From: Christensenella sp. UBA6094
GTDB lineage: Bacteria; Bacillota; Clostridia; Christensenellales; UBA6094
Reading direction: 5' to 3'
Length of the DNA: 64,000 bases
Assembly: GCA_002435915.1 (NCBI GenBank)
Contig: DIWY01000001.1
Coordinates: 324,060 to 388,059 of the forward strand
Part shown: one piece after another, positions 55,036 to 64,000 of the stretch
Numbering within the stretch: position 1 is the stretch's first letter
Layout: each line of letters opens with the position of its first letter
Made by a program: the position numbers and the translations under genes
Notes under the pieces: generated by a model
Told to the model about the DNA's origin: nothing
Databases searched by the model: none
What the model saw: only the letters and a program-made list of their open reading frames with translations

Positions 55036-58000
55036 ATGGTACATGAAGTACAGTATGGTAAGAGAACGAGGATGAGCTTTTCCAGGATAGAAGAAGTGCT
55101 GGAGATGCCTAATCTCATTGAAGTGCAAAAGAACTCGTATAAGCGTTTTTTGGAACAGGACCTGAAAGAAGTATTAGCAGATATTTCTCCAATAACAGAT
55201 TACTCAGAAAATCTTGTTCTATCTTTCGAAAATTACTACCTTGAAGAAACCCCAAAATACACGGTTGAAGAGTGTAAAGAGAGGGATGTTAACTATTCCA
55301 CCTCTTTAAAAGTAATTGTGTCTCTTATGAACAAAGAGACGGGCGAAATAAAAGAGCAAGAAGTTTTCATGGGAGATTTTCCTCTTATGACAGACAAAGG
55401 CACTTTTATTATTAATGGTGCTGAGCGTGTTATTGTAAGTCAGCTTGTTAGATCACCTGGGGTTTACTATAACAAGCAGCTTGATAAAACAGGCAAAGAA
55501 TTGTTCGCAGCTACAGTCATCCCTAACAGAGGAGCATGGCTAGAATATGAAACTGACTCAAACGATTGTGTTTGGGTGAGAATAGACAGGACGCGTAAAA
55601 TACCCGTTACTGTTCTTTTGCGTGCAATCGGTCTTGCATCTGATGATGCTATCATCAATTTGTTTGGCTCAGATGAACGCATATTAGCTACTCTAAGAAG
55701 AGATAACACAGCAAACAGCGACGAAGGTATCGTCGAAGTTTATAAAAAACTTCGTCCAGGCGAACCTCCAACAGTAGATAGTGCTAGATCGCTTTTTGAC
55801 TCGTTATTTTTTGATCCTAAAAGATACGATCTTGCTAGAGTAGGTAGATATAAATTCAACAAAAAGCTTTCTCTTGCTTCTAGAATTATAGATAGAGAAA
55901 TAGCTGAAACGATTATTAATCCACTCACTGGTGAGATACTTGCTGAAAAAGGCGAAAAGATAACAAGAGAAAAAGCAATAGAAATACAGAACAACGGCGT
56001 TAACCAAGTATTTGTAGCTCTTGAAGAAGGAATGACAGGAGTACTTGGCAATAATTTTGTCGACGCTCATGCACACCTATCTTTTGATCCTGAAAAAGCA
56101 GGTATAAATGAACAAGTACATTATCCTACACTTGCAGCAATATTAAGCGAAAACGAAGGCGCAAGCGAGGATGAACTTATAGACATACTTAAGAGTAATT
56201 TAGATACTCTTATACCAAAGCATATACTTATAGATGATATGCTTGCATCTATCAATTATCACTTATGCTTATTCTATGGCATTGGTAACGTAGATGACAT
56301 AGACCATTTAGGAAACAGAAGACTAAGAAGCGTTGGCGAACTACTACAAAACCAAATTAGAGTAGGGCTTTCAAGGCTTGAAAGAGTTGTAAGAGAGAGA
56401 ATGTCTATACAAGATATGGATGTTGCTACTCCTTCAAATCTAATAAATATTAGACCTGTTTCTGCATCAATAAAAGAATTCTTTGGATCATCTCAGCTTT
56501 CACAGTTCATGGATCAAACAAATCCACTTGCTGAGTTGACACATAAAAGAAGACTTAGTGCACTAGGACCTGGTGGTCTTAACAGAGAACGTGCTTCATT
56601 CGAAGTTCGTGACGTCCATCATTCACATTATGGTCGCATGTGTCCAATAGAAACACCAGAAGGACCTAACATTGGTCTTATTGGTTCACTTAGTACATTT
56701 GCACGTGTTAATGAATATGGGTTTATCGAATCTCCATATAGATTAGTAGATAAAAATAAGCGTACAGTTCTTGATGAAATAGTATACTTAACAGCGGATG
56801 AAGAAGATGGATATGTTATTGCTCAAGCAAACGAAGCGGTTGACGAGCAAGGACATTTTGTTCATGAGCGCGTTATGGCTAGAGATAAAGACGATATTAT
56901 CGAAATAGACAGAAACGACGTAGACCTTATGGACGTTTCGCCTAAACAGGTTGTATCAGTTGCTACGGCTATGATACCATTCCTTGAAAACGATGACGCT
57001 AACAGAGCACTTATGGGCGCTAACATGCAACGTCAAGCAGTGCCACTACTTAAGGCGCAAGCTCCTATTGTTGCAACAGGTATGGAATACAAAGCAGCAA
57101 TGGATTCTGGCGTACTAGTACGAGCAGAAAAAGACGGCGTAGTTACTAGTGTTTCTGGTAAGTACATAAATGTTGCTAACGACGACGGAACAGAAAGCAA
57201 ACATAAGCTGATTAAATTCACTAGATCAAACCAAGGTACATGCATCAACCAAAAACCTGCTGTAAGGGTAAATGAGAGAGTAGTTAAAGGACAATTACTA
57301 GCTGATGGACCTTCAACAGACGAAGGCGAGATAGCTCTTGGTAAGAACATATTAGTCGGGTTCATGACATGGGAAGGCTATAATTACGAGGATGCTATTC
57401 TTATTAGTGAAAAGCTTGTTAAAGAAGATGTTTATACATCAATACATATAGAAGAATACGAAAGTGAAGCAAGGGACACAAAGCTTGGTCCTGAAGAAAT
57501 CACAAGAGATATTCCAAACGTTGGCGAAGAAGCGTTAAAAGACCTAGACGAATTCGGAGTAATTCGTATCGGTGCTGAAGTAACTTCTGGCGATATCCTA
57601 GTAGGTAAAGTTACTCCTAAGGGTGAAACTGAGCTTACAGCAGAAGAACGTTTACTGCGCGCAATCTTTGGAGAAAAAGCTCGCGAAGTTAGAGATACTT
57701 CTTTAAGAGTACCTCATGGTGAAGGCGGAACAATCGTAGACGTTAAGATATTCACCAGAGAAAACAAAGATGAACTATCTCCTGGAGTTAACATGCTCGT
57801 AAGAGTATATATCGCCCAGAAGAGGCATATATCCGTTGGCGATAAGATGGCAGGTCGCCATGGTAATAAGGGTGTTATATCGCGCATATTGCCTGAAGAA
57901 GACATGCCGTTCATGCCAGATGGTACTCCACTTCAATTAGTACTTAATCCTTTGGGCGTTCCTTCACGTATGAATATTGGGCAGGTGCTTGAAGTCCATC

Positions 58001-58830
58001 TTGGACTTGCTGCAAAAGCATTAGGTTGGGAAATAGCTACTCCAGTATTCGATGGAGCGAACGAACGAGACATAATGGATACATTAACTAAAGCTGGATA
58101 TTCAGAAGATGGCAAAATGCAATTGTATGACGGACGCTCGGGCGAGAAGTTCGAAAATCGTGTAACAGTTGGATATATGTACATATTGAAACTTCACCAT
58201 TTGGTTGATGATAAAATACATGCACGTTCCACAGGCCCTTACTCACTAGTAACACAGCAGCCACTTGGTGGTAAAGCGCAGTTCGGTGGACAGCGTTTTG
58301 GTGAGATGGAAGTTTGGGCTCTTGAAGCTTATGGAGCTGCATATACACTACAGGAGATTCTAACAGTAAAATCAGACGATGTTGTAGGACGTGTCAAAAC
58401 GTATGAAGCTATCGTCAAAGGCGAGGATATACCTGAGCCTGGCGTACCTGAATCGTTTAAGGTTCTTATAAAAGAACTTCAGAGTTTGTCGCTGGATGTT
58501 AAGGTGCTCTCTGAAGAAAACGAAGAGATAGAGCTAAAAGAGTCTGTTGAAGATGGCATTGGCTTACTCGAAGTAAATATCGAGGGTAGCGAAGATACGA
58601 CGCCACAACAGATAATTCAAGAACCTTTGGGTGATCTATCAGGTATGAGTCTTGCAGATTTTTCGGATCTTGATGATTTATCTAATATTAGTGATGAAGA
58701 AGAAACTGAAGACGACGATGATGATGAAATAAAAATTGATCTAAGCAAACTTTCTAAAAAGAAAGAAGTCGAAATTGAAGACGATGATTTAGACGATATT
58801 AAAATAGACTTAGACGATTTAGACATTTAA
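55036..58830 (+). CDS. rpoB: DNA-directed RNA polymerase beta subunit
   Basis: Conserved blocks [34 protein letters not shown] and [31 protein letters not shown] before ATG 55036. Confidence 0.95.
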   Translation: MVHEVQYGKRTRMSFSRIEEVLEMPNLIEVQKNSYKRFLEQDLKEVLADISPITDYSENLVLSFENYYLEETPKYTVEECKERDVNYSTSLKVIVSLMNKETGEIKEQEVFMGDFPLMTDKGTFIINGAERVIVSQLVRSPGVYYNKQLDKTGKELFAATVIPNRGAWLEYETDSNDCVWVRIDRTRKIPVTVLLRAIGLASDDAIINLFGSDERILATLRRDNTANSDEGIVEVYKKLRPGEPPTVDSARSLFDSLFFDPKRYDLARVGRYKFNKKLSLASRIIDREIAETIINPLTGEILAEKGEKITREKAIEIQNNGVNQVFVALEEGMTGVLGNNFVDAHAHLSFDPEKAGINEQVHYPTLAAILSENEGASEDELIDILKSNLDTLIPKHILIDDMLASINYHLCLFYGIGNVDDIDHLGNRRLRSVGELLQNQIRVGLSRLERVVRERMSIQDMDVATPSNLINIRPVSASIKEFFGSSQLSQFMDQTNPLAELTHKRRLSALGPGGLNRERASFEVRDVHHSHYGRMCPIETPEGPNIGLIGSLSTFARVNEYGFIESPYRLVDKNKRTVLDEIVYLTADEEDGYVIAQANEAVDEQGHFVHERVMARDKDDIIEIDRNDVDLMDVSPKQVVSVATAMIPFLENDDANRALMGANMQRQAVPLLKAQAPIVATGMEYKAAMDSGVLVRAEKDGVVTSVSGKYINVANDDGTESKHKLIKFTRSNQGTCINQKPAVRVNERVVKGQLLADGPSTDEGEIALGKNILVGFMTWEGYNYEDAILISEKLVKEDVYTSIHIEEYESEARDTKLGPEEITRDIPNVGEEALKDLDEFGVIRIGAEVTSGDILVGKVTPKGETELTAEERLLRAIFGEKAREVRDTSLRVPHGEGGTIVDVKIFTRENKDELSPGVNMLVRVYIAQKRHISVGDKMAGRHGNKGVISRILPEEDMPFMPDGTPLQLVLNPLGVPSRMNIGQVLEVHLGLAAKALGWEIATPVFDGANERDIMDTLTKAGYSEDGKMQLYDGRSGEKFENRVTVGYMYILKLHHLVDDKIHARSTGPYSLVTQQPLGGKAQFGGQRFGEMEVWALEAYGAAYTLQEILTVKSDDVVGRVKTYEAIVKGEDIPEPGVPESFKVLIKELQSLSLDVKVLSEENEEIELKESVEDGIGLLEVNIEGSEDTTPQQIIQEPLGDLSGMSLADFSDLDDLSNISDEEETEDDDDDEIKIDLSKLSKKKEVEIEDDDLDDIKIDLDDLDI

Positions 58831-58858
58831 TAAATTTATACGAAGGGAGACGGGTTGA

Positions 58859-61800
58859 TTGTTTGATTTGAACAATTTTGACTCCATGCAAATAGGATTG
58901 GCTTCTCCTGAAAAAATCCGCGAGTGGTCCAGGGGCGAAGTTAAAAAACCAGAAACGATAAACTATCGTACACTGAAGCCCGAAAGAGATGGTCTTTTCT
59001 GCGAAAGAATATTTGGACCAACTAAAGACTGGGAATGCCATTGCGGTAGGTACAAGCGCATAAGATATAAGGGTATCATATGCGATAAGTGCGGAGTAGA
59101 AGTCACGCGTGCTAAGGTTCGTCGTGAGCGTATGGGACACATAGAGCTCGCTGCACCTGTTTCACATATTTGGTACTTTAAAGGTATACCATCAAGGATG
59201 GGACTTTTGCTTGACATATCACCTAGATCACTAGAAAGAGTACTCTATTTTGCTGCGTTTATAGTAACAGACCCAGGTAATAGCCCTCTTTCATACAAGC
59301 AGATTCTGACTGATAAAGAATACAGAGAAGCAAGAGAATTATATGGTGATTCATTCAAGGCTGGTATGGGAGCTGAAACAGTAAAACAACTTCTAATTGA
59401 TATCGATCTTGAGGAAGAATCAAAACTGCTTAGAGAAGATCTAAAAACATCAACAGGTCAAAAGCGTGTGCGTTCTGTAAGAAGACTAGAGGTAGTTGAA
59501 GCATTTAGAAAGTCAAACAACAGACCTGAATGGATTATACTTGACGTAGTACCTGTAATACCACCTGAACTAAGGCCAATGGTTCAACTAGATGGCGGTA
59601 GATTCGCAACATCTGATCTTAACGATCTTTATAGACGTGTTATAAACAGAAATAACAGACTTAAAAGACTGCTTGAGCTAAAAGCACCTGACATTATCGT
59701 GCGTAACGAAAAGCGTATGCTTCAAGAGGCAGTTGATGCTCTTATTGATAACGGCAGAAGAGGCAGACCTGTAACAGGACCAGGAAACAGACCACTTAAG
59801 TCTTTGAGCGATTTGTTAAGAGGTAAACAAGGTAGATTCAGACAGAACCTTTTGGGTAAACGTGTTGATTACTCTGGCCGTAGCGTTATTGTAGTTGGCC
59901 CTGATCTAAAGATGTATCAGTGTGGACTACCAAAAGAAATGGCTCTAGAGTTATTCAAGCCGTTTGTTATGAAAAAATTAGTAGAAGAGAAATTTGCTCA
60001 TAACATAAAGAGCGCAAAGAGAATGGTAGAGCGTGTTAAACCAGAGGTTTGGGATGTTCTAGAAGGAGTAATACAGGATCATCCGGTATTACTAAACAGA
60101 GCACCGACACTACATAGATTAGGTATACAGGCTTTTGAACCTGTACTAGTCGAAGGACGTGCACTAAAGCTTCATCCACTCGTTTGTACAGCTTATAATG
60201 CCGATTTTGACGGTGATCAGATGGCTGTCCATGTACCTTTATCTGTAGAAGCTCAAGCTGAGGCAAGATTTTTAATGCTTTCTGCTGGTAATATACTAAA
60301 ACCGCAAGATGGTAGATCCGTAGTTACACCTACTCAGGATATGGTTATTGGTTCATACTACCTTACTATAGAAAAAGAAGGCGCTTTAGGAGAAGGAATG
60401 TTCTTCTCAAGCCCAAGAGAAGCAGTCGTTGCTTATGAGACAGGCGAAATACATTTGCAAGCTATGATAAATGTACGTCTGACAAAAGAAATAGACGGCA
60501 AAGAAGTTAGAAAAATTATTAAAACAACAACTGGAAGACTTATCTTCAACGAAGTTATACCACAGGATCTTGGCTTTGTTGATAGAAGCAACCCAGATAA
60601 TGAATTTGAACTTGAGCTAAATAAGCTTATAGATCAAAAGGGCCTAGTTAAAATAGTTGAACTCTGCTTTAGAGAGCATGGCTCAGCAAAAACTTCTATG
60701 GTACTTGATGATATTAAAAAGCTTGGCTTTAAGTATTCAACTAAAGGCGCAATAACAGTTAGTGTATCTGATATGACGATCCCTGTTGAAAAAGCTCAGC
60801 TAATAGCTGATGCAGAAGACAAGGTTGCTATCATAGAACGAAACTTTAGACGTGGCCTTCTAAGCGGAAAAGAACGTAAGAAAGAAGTTATTTCTGTTTG
60901 GGATAAAACTACAAAGTTAGTAACTGCTGCACTTATGGAATCGCTAGATAAATTTAACCCGATATTCATGATGGCTAACTCTGGAGCACGTGGTAGCACG
61001 AACCAGATAAGACAGCTAGCAGGTATGCGTGGCCTTATGGCGGATCCATCTGGTGAAATCATCGAATTACCTATTAGAGCTAACTTCCGTGAAGGTCTTA
61101 CAGTTCTAGAATTCTTTATTTCAACGCATGGTGCTAGAAAAGGTCTAGCTGATACAGCGCTAAGAACAGCCGATTCAGGATATCTAACAAGACGTCTTGT
61201 AGATGTATCTCAAGATGTAATAATTAGAGAAGACGATTGTTTCGAATCAGCTGGCGAATCTGTAAAAGGCGTTTGGGTTAAAGACATAACAAACGGCAAA
61301 GAGAAAATTGAACCTCTTTATAATAGAATAGTTGGCAGATGGAGCGTTGACGAAGTAAAAGATCCAAAAACTGGTGAAGTTCTCGTTGGTGCTAATCAAA
61401 AAATGACATACCAAATAGCAGAGAAAATAGTAGCTGCTGGTGTGACTAAAGTACAGATTAGATCACTGCTAACATGCCGTGCTACTCATGGTGTTTGCGC
61501 AAAATGTTATGGTGCAAACATGGCTACAAGCCAAACAGTAGATATCGGTGAGGCAGTAGGAATCATTGCAGCTCAATCAATTGGCGAGCCTGGTACACAG
61601 CTTACTATGCGTACATTCCATACTGGTGGTGTTGCGGGTGATGATATTACGCAAGGTCTCCCACGTATTGAAGAGCTTTTTGAAGCAAGAAAACCAAAAG
61701 GGCTTGCTGTAATAACAGAAATCTCAGGTACTGTAACAATTGACGAAACTAAAAAGCGCAGAGATGTTATAATAAAAGGCAATGATGGCGAAGAGGAAAC

Positions 61801-62446
61801 ATATCTGATACCATACGGCTCAAGGATTAAAGTTCATGATGGTGATGTACTAGAAGCAGGCGATGAGCTTACAGAAGGTTCAATTAACCCACATGACATA
61901 CTGAAAATCAAAGGCGTAAAGGGTGTACAGGAATATCTTGTAAAAGAAGTTCAGACTGTATACAGACAACAGGGCGTTGAGATAAGCGATAAGCATATCG
62001 AAGTAATTGTACGTCAGATGCTTAGAAAAGTTAGAATCGAAGATGCTGGAGATACAGAAATGTTACCTGGCGAATTAGTTGATATATTCAGATTCGAAAA
62101 AGAGAACGCAGAAATAATAGAACAAAATGGTCAGCCTGCAGTAGCAAAAAGAGTATTGCTTGGTATAACAAAAGCATCTCTTGCAACGGATTCGTTCCTA
62201 TCAGCTGCATCGTTCCAAGAAACAACACGCGTTCTAACCGAAGCTGCAATAAAAGGTAAAGTTGATCCATTGCTTGGACTGAAAGAAAATGTAATTATTG
62301 GTAAGCTTATACCAGCAGGCACAGGCATGAAGAGATATAAAAATATAGAAGTCGATGTGGAAAACGAAAACAAAGTCCCTTCACTCTATGAAAGCCTTAT
62401 GACAGCTAGTGATTACCAAGAAAGCGACCTAGAAGAAACACTATAA
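58859..62446 (+). CDS. rpoC: DNA-directed RNA polymerase beta' subunit
   Basis: Zn-binding [20 protein letters not shown], catalytic NADFDGDQM and the trigger-loop region. TTG start after GGGAGA. Confidence 0.95.
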   Translation: MFDLNNFDSMQIGLASPEKIREWSRGEVKKPETINYRTLKPERDGLFCERIFGPTKDWECHCGRYKRIRYKGIICDKCGVEVTRAKVRRERMGHIELAAPVSHIWYFKGIPSRMGLLLDISPRSLERVLYFAAFIVTDPGNSPLSYKQILTDKEYREARELYGDSFKAGMGAETVKQLLIDIDLEEESKLLREDLKTSTGQKRVRSVRRLEVVEAFRKSNNRPEWIILDVVPVIPPELRPMVQLDGGRFATSDLNDLYRRVINRNNRLKRLLELKAPDIIVRNEKRMLQEAVDALIDNGRRGRPVTGPGNRPLKSLSDLLRGKQGRFRQNLLGKRVDYSGRSVIVVGPDLKMYQCGLPKEMALELFKPFVMKKLVEEKFAHNIKSAKRMVERVKPEVWDVLEGVIQDHPVLLNRAPTLHRLGIQAFEPVLVEGRALKLHPLVCTAYNADFDGDQMAVHVPLSVEAQAEARFLMLSAGNILKPQDGRSVVTPTQDMVIGSYYLTIEKEGALGEGMFFSSPREAVVAYETGEIHLQAMINVRLTKEIDGKEVRKIIKTTTGRLIFNEVIPQDLGFVDRSNPDNEFELELNKLIDQKGLVKIVELCFREHGSAKTSMVLDDIKKLGFKYSTKGAITVSVSDMTIPVEKAQLIADAEDKVAIIERNFRRGLLSGKERKKEVISVWDKTTKLVTAALMESLDKFNPIFMMANSGARGSTNQIRQLAGMRGLMADPSGEIIELPIRANFREGLTVLEFFISTHGARKGLADTALRTADSGYLTRRLVDVSQDVIIREDDCFESAGESVKGVWVKDITNGKEKIEPLYNRIVGRWSVDEVKDPKTGEVLVGANQKMTYQIAEKIVAAGVTKVQIRSLLTCRATHGVCAKCYGANMATSQTVDIGEAVGIIAAQSIGEPGTQLTMRTFHTGGVAGDDITQGLPRIEELFEARKPKGLAVITEISGTVTIDETKKRRDVIIKGNDGEEETYLIPYGSRIKVHDGDVLEAGDELTEGSINPHDILKIKGVKGVQEYLVKEVQTVYRQQGVEISDKHIEVIVRQMLRKVRIEDAGDTEMLPGELVDIFRFEKENAEIIEQNGQPAVAKRVLLGITKASLATDSFLSAASFQETTRVLTEAAIKGKVDPLLGLKENVIIGKLIPAGTGMKRYKNIEVDVENENKVPSLYESLMTASDYQESDLEETL

Positions 62447-62523
62447 ATAGTATTTTACAAGCATTTAACGGCGATCAGAGCGCTTTGCGCTCTGCCTGCT
62501 GTTATACTAATAATAAATGGTCG

Positions 62524-62552
62524 TTGACAGTGCATTAATCGTTTGTTAAAAT
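62524..62552 (+). promoter_or_regulatory. Internal promoter TTGACA-N17-TAAAAT ahead of L7Ae-rpsL-rpsG-fusA
   Basis: TTGACA at 62524-62529 and TAAAAT at 62547-62552. Confidence 0.5.
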
Positions 62553-62596
62553 AATACGGTATGCATTTAAAAGATGATTCCAAGGAAGGTGAACAT

Positions 62597-62842
62597 ATGC
62601 TCAGTGAGCTTATTAGTACCAATAATAAAGTTGTTGGCACTAAGCAAGTGCTGAAAGCTCTTGAGGCAAACACGGCTAAGAAAGTATATTTGGCCGAAGA
62701 TATCGAACCGGCGCTTAAGGCAAAAATCACAATTGCAGCTAATGCAGTTGAGTGTGAATTGCAAAGTGTGACATCAATGGAAGAGCTTGGAAAAGCTTGC
62801 AAGATACAAGTCGGTGCAGCAGTTGCTGCAGTTTTGAAATAA
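62597..62842 (+). CDS. Ribosome-associated L7Ae-family protein (YbxF/RplGB-like)
   Basis: VVGTKQVLKALEANTAKKVYLAED... MEELGKACKIQVGAAVAAVL parallels Bacillus YbxF. The canonical position between rpoC and rpsL supports the call. Confidence 0.85.
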   Translation: MLSELISTNNKVVGTKQVLKALEANTAKKVYLAEDIEPALKAKITIAANAVECELQSVTSMEELGKACKIQVGAAVAAVLK

Positions 62843-62905
62843 CATAGCCAATAATTCTCAGGGTTGCGGGAATTTATAATAATTAAATCAGGAGGAGGTG
62901 CAGTA

Positions 62906-63286
62906 ATGCCTACCATTAATCAACTTGTTAAAAATGGAAGAAAAAAGGCCGTCTACAAATCCACTGCTCCTATACTAAAAGAATGTCCTCAAAAAAGAGG
63001 AGTATGCCTTTCCGTTAGGACGATGACACCTAAAAAACCTAATTCAGCTTTAAGAAAAATAGCTAGGGTTCGTCTTACTAACCTTATGGAAGGAACTGCA
63101 TACATCCCAGGTATAGGGCATAATTTGCAGGAGCATTCCGTCGTATTAATTCGTGGCGGAAGAGTAAAGGATTTACCAGGTGTAAGATATCATATCATTA
63201 GAGGCGCGCTTGATACAGCAGGTGTAGCAGGGCGTATGCAGTCAAGATCGCTCTATGGCACAAAGAGACCTAAAAAACAGGGCTAA
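62906..63286 (+). CDS. rpsL: 30S ribosomal protein S12
   Basis: [14 protein letters not shown] ... [11 protein letters not shown] ... [16 protein letters not shown]. Confidence 0.95.
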   Translation: MPTINQLVKNGRKKAVYKSTAPILKECPQKRGVCLSVRTMTPKKPNSALRKIARVRLTNLMEGTAYIPGIGHNLQEHSVVLIRGGRVKDLPGVRYHIIRGALDTAGVAGRMQSRSLYGTKRPKKQG

Positions 63287-63323
63287 TAAGCTCTATTTGT
63301 AATATTTGAAAGGAGGCTTTTTT

Positions 63324-63794
63324 ATGCCAAGACGTGGTTCCGCTTCGAAAAGAGAAGTGCTCGCAGATCCAATGTACGAAAGCGTTGTCGTTACGAAGTT
63401 AATAAATCAAGTTATGCATGATGGCAAAAGAGGAACAGCACAGAAAATATGCTATGACGCTTTTGATATAATAAAAGAAAAAACCGAAAAAGACCCTTTG
63501 GAGGCTTTTGAGCAGGCACTTAATAATATAATGCCTATTCTAGAAGTTAAAGCAAGACGTGTTGGTGGTGCAACATACCAAGTGCCACTAGAAATACGCC
63601 CTGAAAGAAGACAAACATTAGGACTAAGATGGCTTGTAAAATATTCTCGTGCTAGAAGCGAAAGAACAATGAGCCAAAGACTAGCGTCCGAAATAATGGA
63701 TGCGCTTAACTCAACAGGCAGCGCATTTAAGAAAAAAGAAGATACACATAAAATGGCAGAAGCAAATAAAGCATTTGCTCACTACCGTTGGTAA
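63324..63794 (+). CDS. rpsG: 30S ribosomal protein S7
   Basis: [18 protein letters not shown] ... [22 protein letters not shown] ... AFAHYRW. Confidence 0.95.
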   Translation: MPRRGSASKREVLADPMYESVVVTKLINQVMHDGKRGTAQKICYDAFDIIKEKTEKDPLEAFEQALNNIMPILEVKARRVGGATYQVPLEIRPERRQTLGLRWLVKYSRARSERTMSQRLASEIMDALNSTGSAFKKKEDTHKMAEANKAFAHYRW

Positions 63795-63823
63795 TATTTA
63801 AGGTTGATTAAGGAGGCTAAACA

Positions 63824-64000
63824 GTGCCTAGACAATTCCCGTTAGAAAAGACAAGAAATATCGGCATAATGGCGCATATTGATGCTGGTAAGACTACTAC
63901 AACTGAGCGTATACTGTTCTATACTGGTCGTGTTCACAAAATAGGTGAGGTGCACGAAGGTGCAGCTACTATGGACTGGATGGCGCAAGAGCAAGAACGT
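63824..64000 (+). CDS. fusA: Elongation factor G, N-terminal fragment (continues beyond the window)
   Basis: The GTG start follows [32 protein letters not shown] is the G1 motif. Confidence 0.9.
   Translation, partial: MPRQFPLEKTRNIGIMAHIDAGKTTTTERILFYTGRVHKIGEVHEGAATMDWMAQEQER

Noticed and set aside
62455-62916. 153-aa minus-strand ORF spanning the rpoC-rpsL intergenic region
   Set aside because: It overlaps the conserved plus-strand L7Ae-family gene and the rpsL start. Its translation is low-complexity and it has no RBS.
1-64000. Search for mobile elements, prophage genes, CRISPR-Cas, restriction-modification or other known defence systems
   Set aside because: No ORF shows transposase, integrase, recombinase, phage structural, Cas, methyltransferase-endonuclease or NTPase-effector hallmarks. 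The only helicase-like and ATPase-like proteins are Mfd and RadA. The only duplication with a possible mobility footprint is the merR relic reported above.

Overview
Visibly AT-rich chromosomal segment from an endospore-forming Firmicute, Clostridia-like: it carries spoVG, spoVT and an alpha/beta-type SASP gene. About two thirds is conserved housekeeping. This covers the prs / murC / purR-spoVG-glmU-pth-mfd-prsA-like-spoVT-yabM-yabN-hup-yabO block, then ispDF-radA-carD-yacL, then rpoB-rpoC-L7Ae-rpsL-rpsG-fusA. The left third (1-31 kb) is a patchwork of small regulator/transporter modules. These include MntR/MntH, MerR/MFS, an M-box/MgtE unit, AzlCD, SdaAB/AA, two M20 amidohydrolases and GNAT enzymes. 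It also holds two clearly accessory elements. (i) A 1173-aa sortase-anchored surface protein has nine in-frame 93-aa tandem repeats (11545-15066). (ii) A cysteine-rich metal(loid) island at about 15.2-20.9 kb contains a canonical arsR-acr3-arsC operon. Next to it is an uncharacterised operon: NifX-like protein, Cys-rich ArsR, CSC-motif ArsP-type permease, split two-piece permease, 4Fe-4S protein with a CSCSCSC tail, and a CxxC mini-thioredoxin. That operon is preceded by a perfect 30-bp palindrome, and it is my best candidate for an undescribed system. I found no CRISPR array, transposase, integrase, prophage or recognisable defence system. Other points worth a second look: a decayed duplicate of the merR promoter and 5' coding region that brackets the SASP gene; an orphan promoter-terminator unit before a 36-aa Lys-rich micro-ORF; extra structured leader after the M-box terminator; a sequence-conserved terminator hairpin family; and rpoB lying directly after yacL with its own promoter, with no rplKAJL cluster. 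All calls rest on reading the sequence and translations against remembered family motifs. No database search was run.
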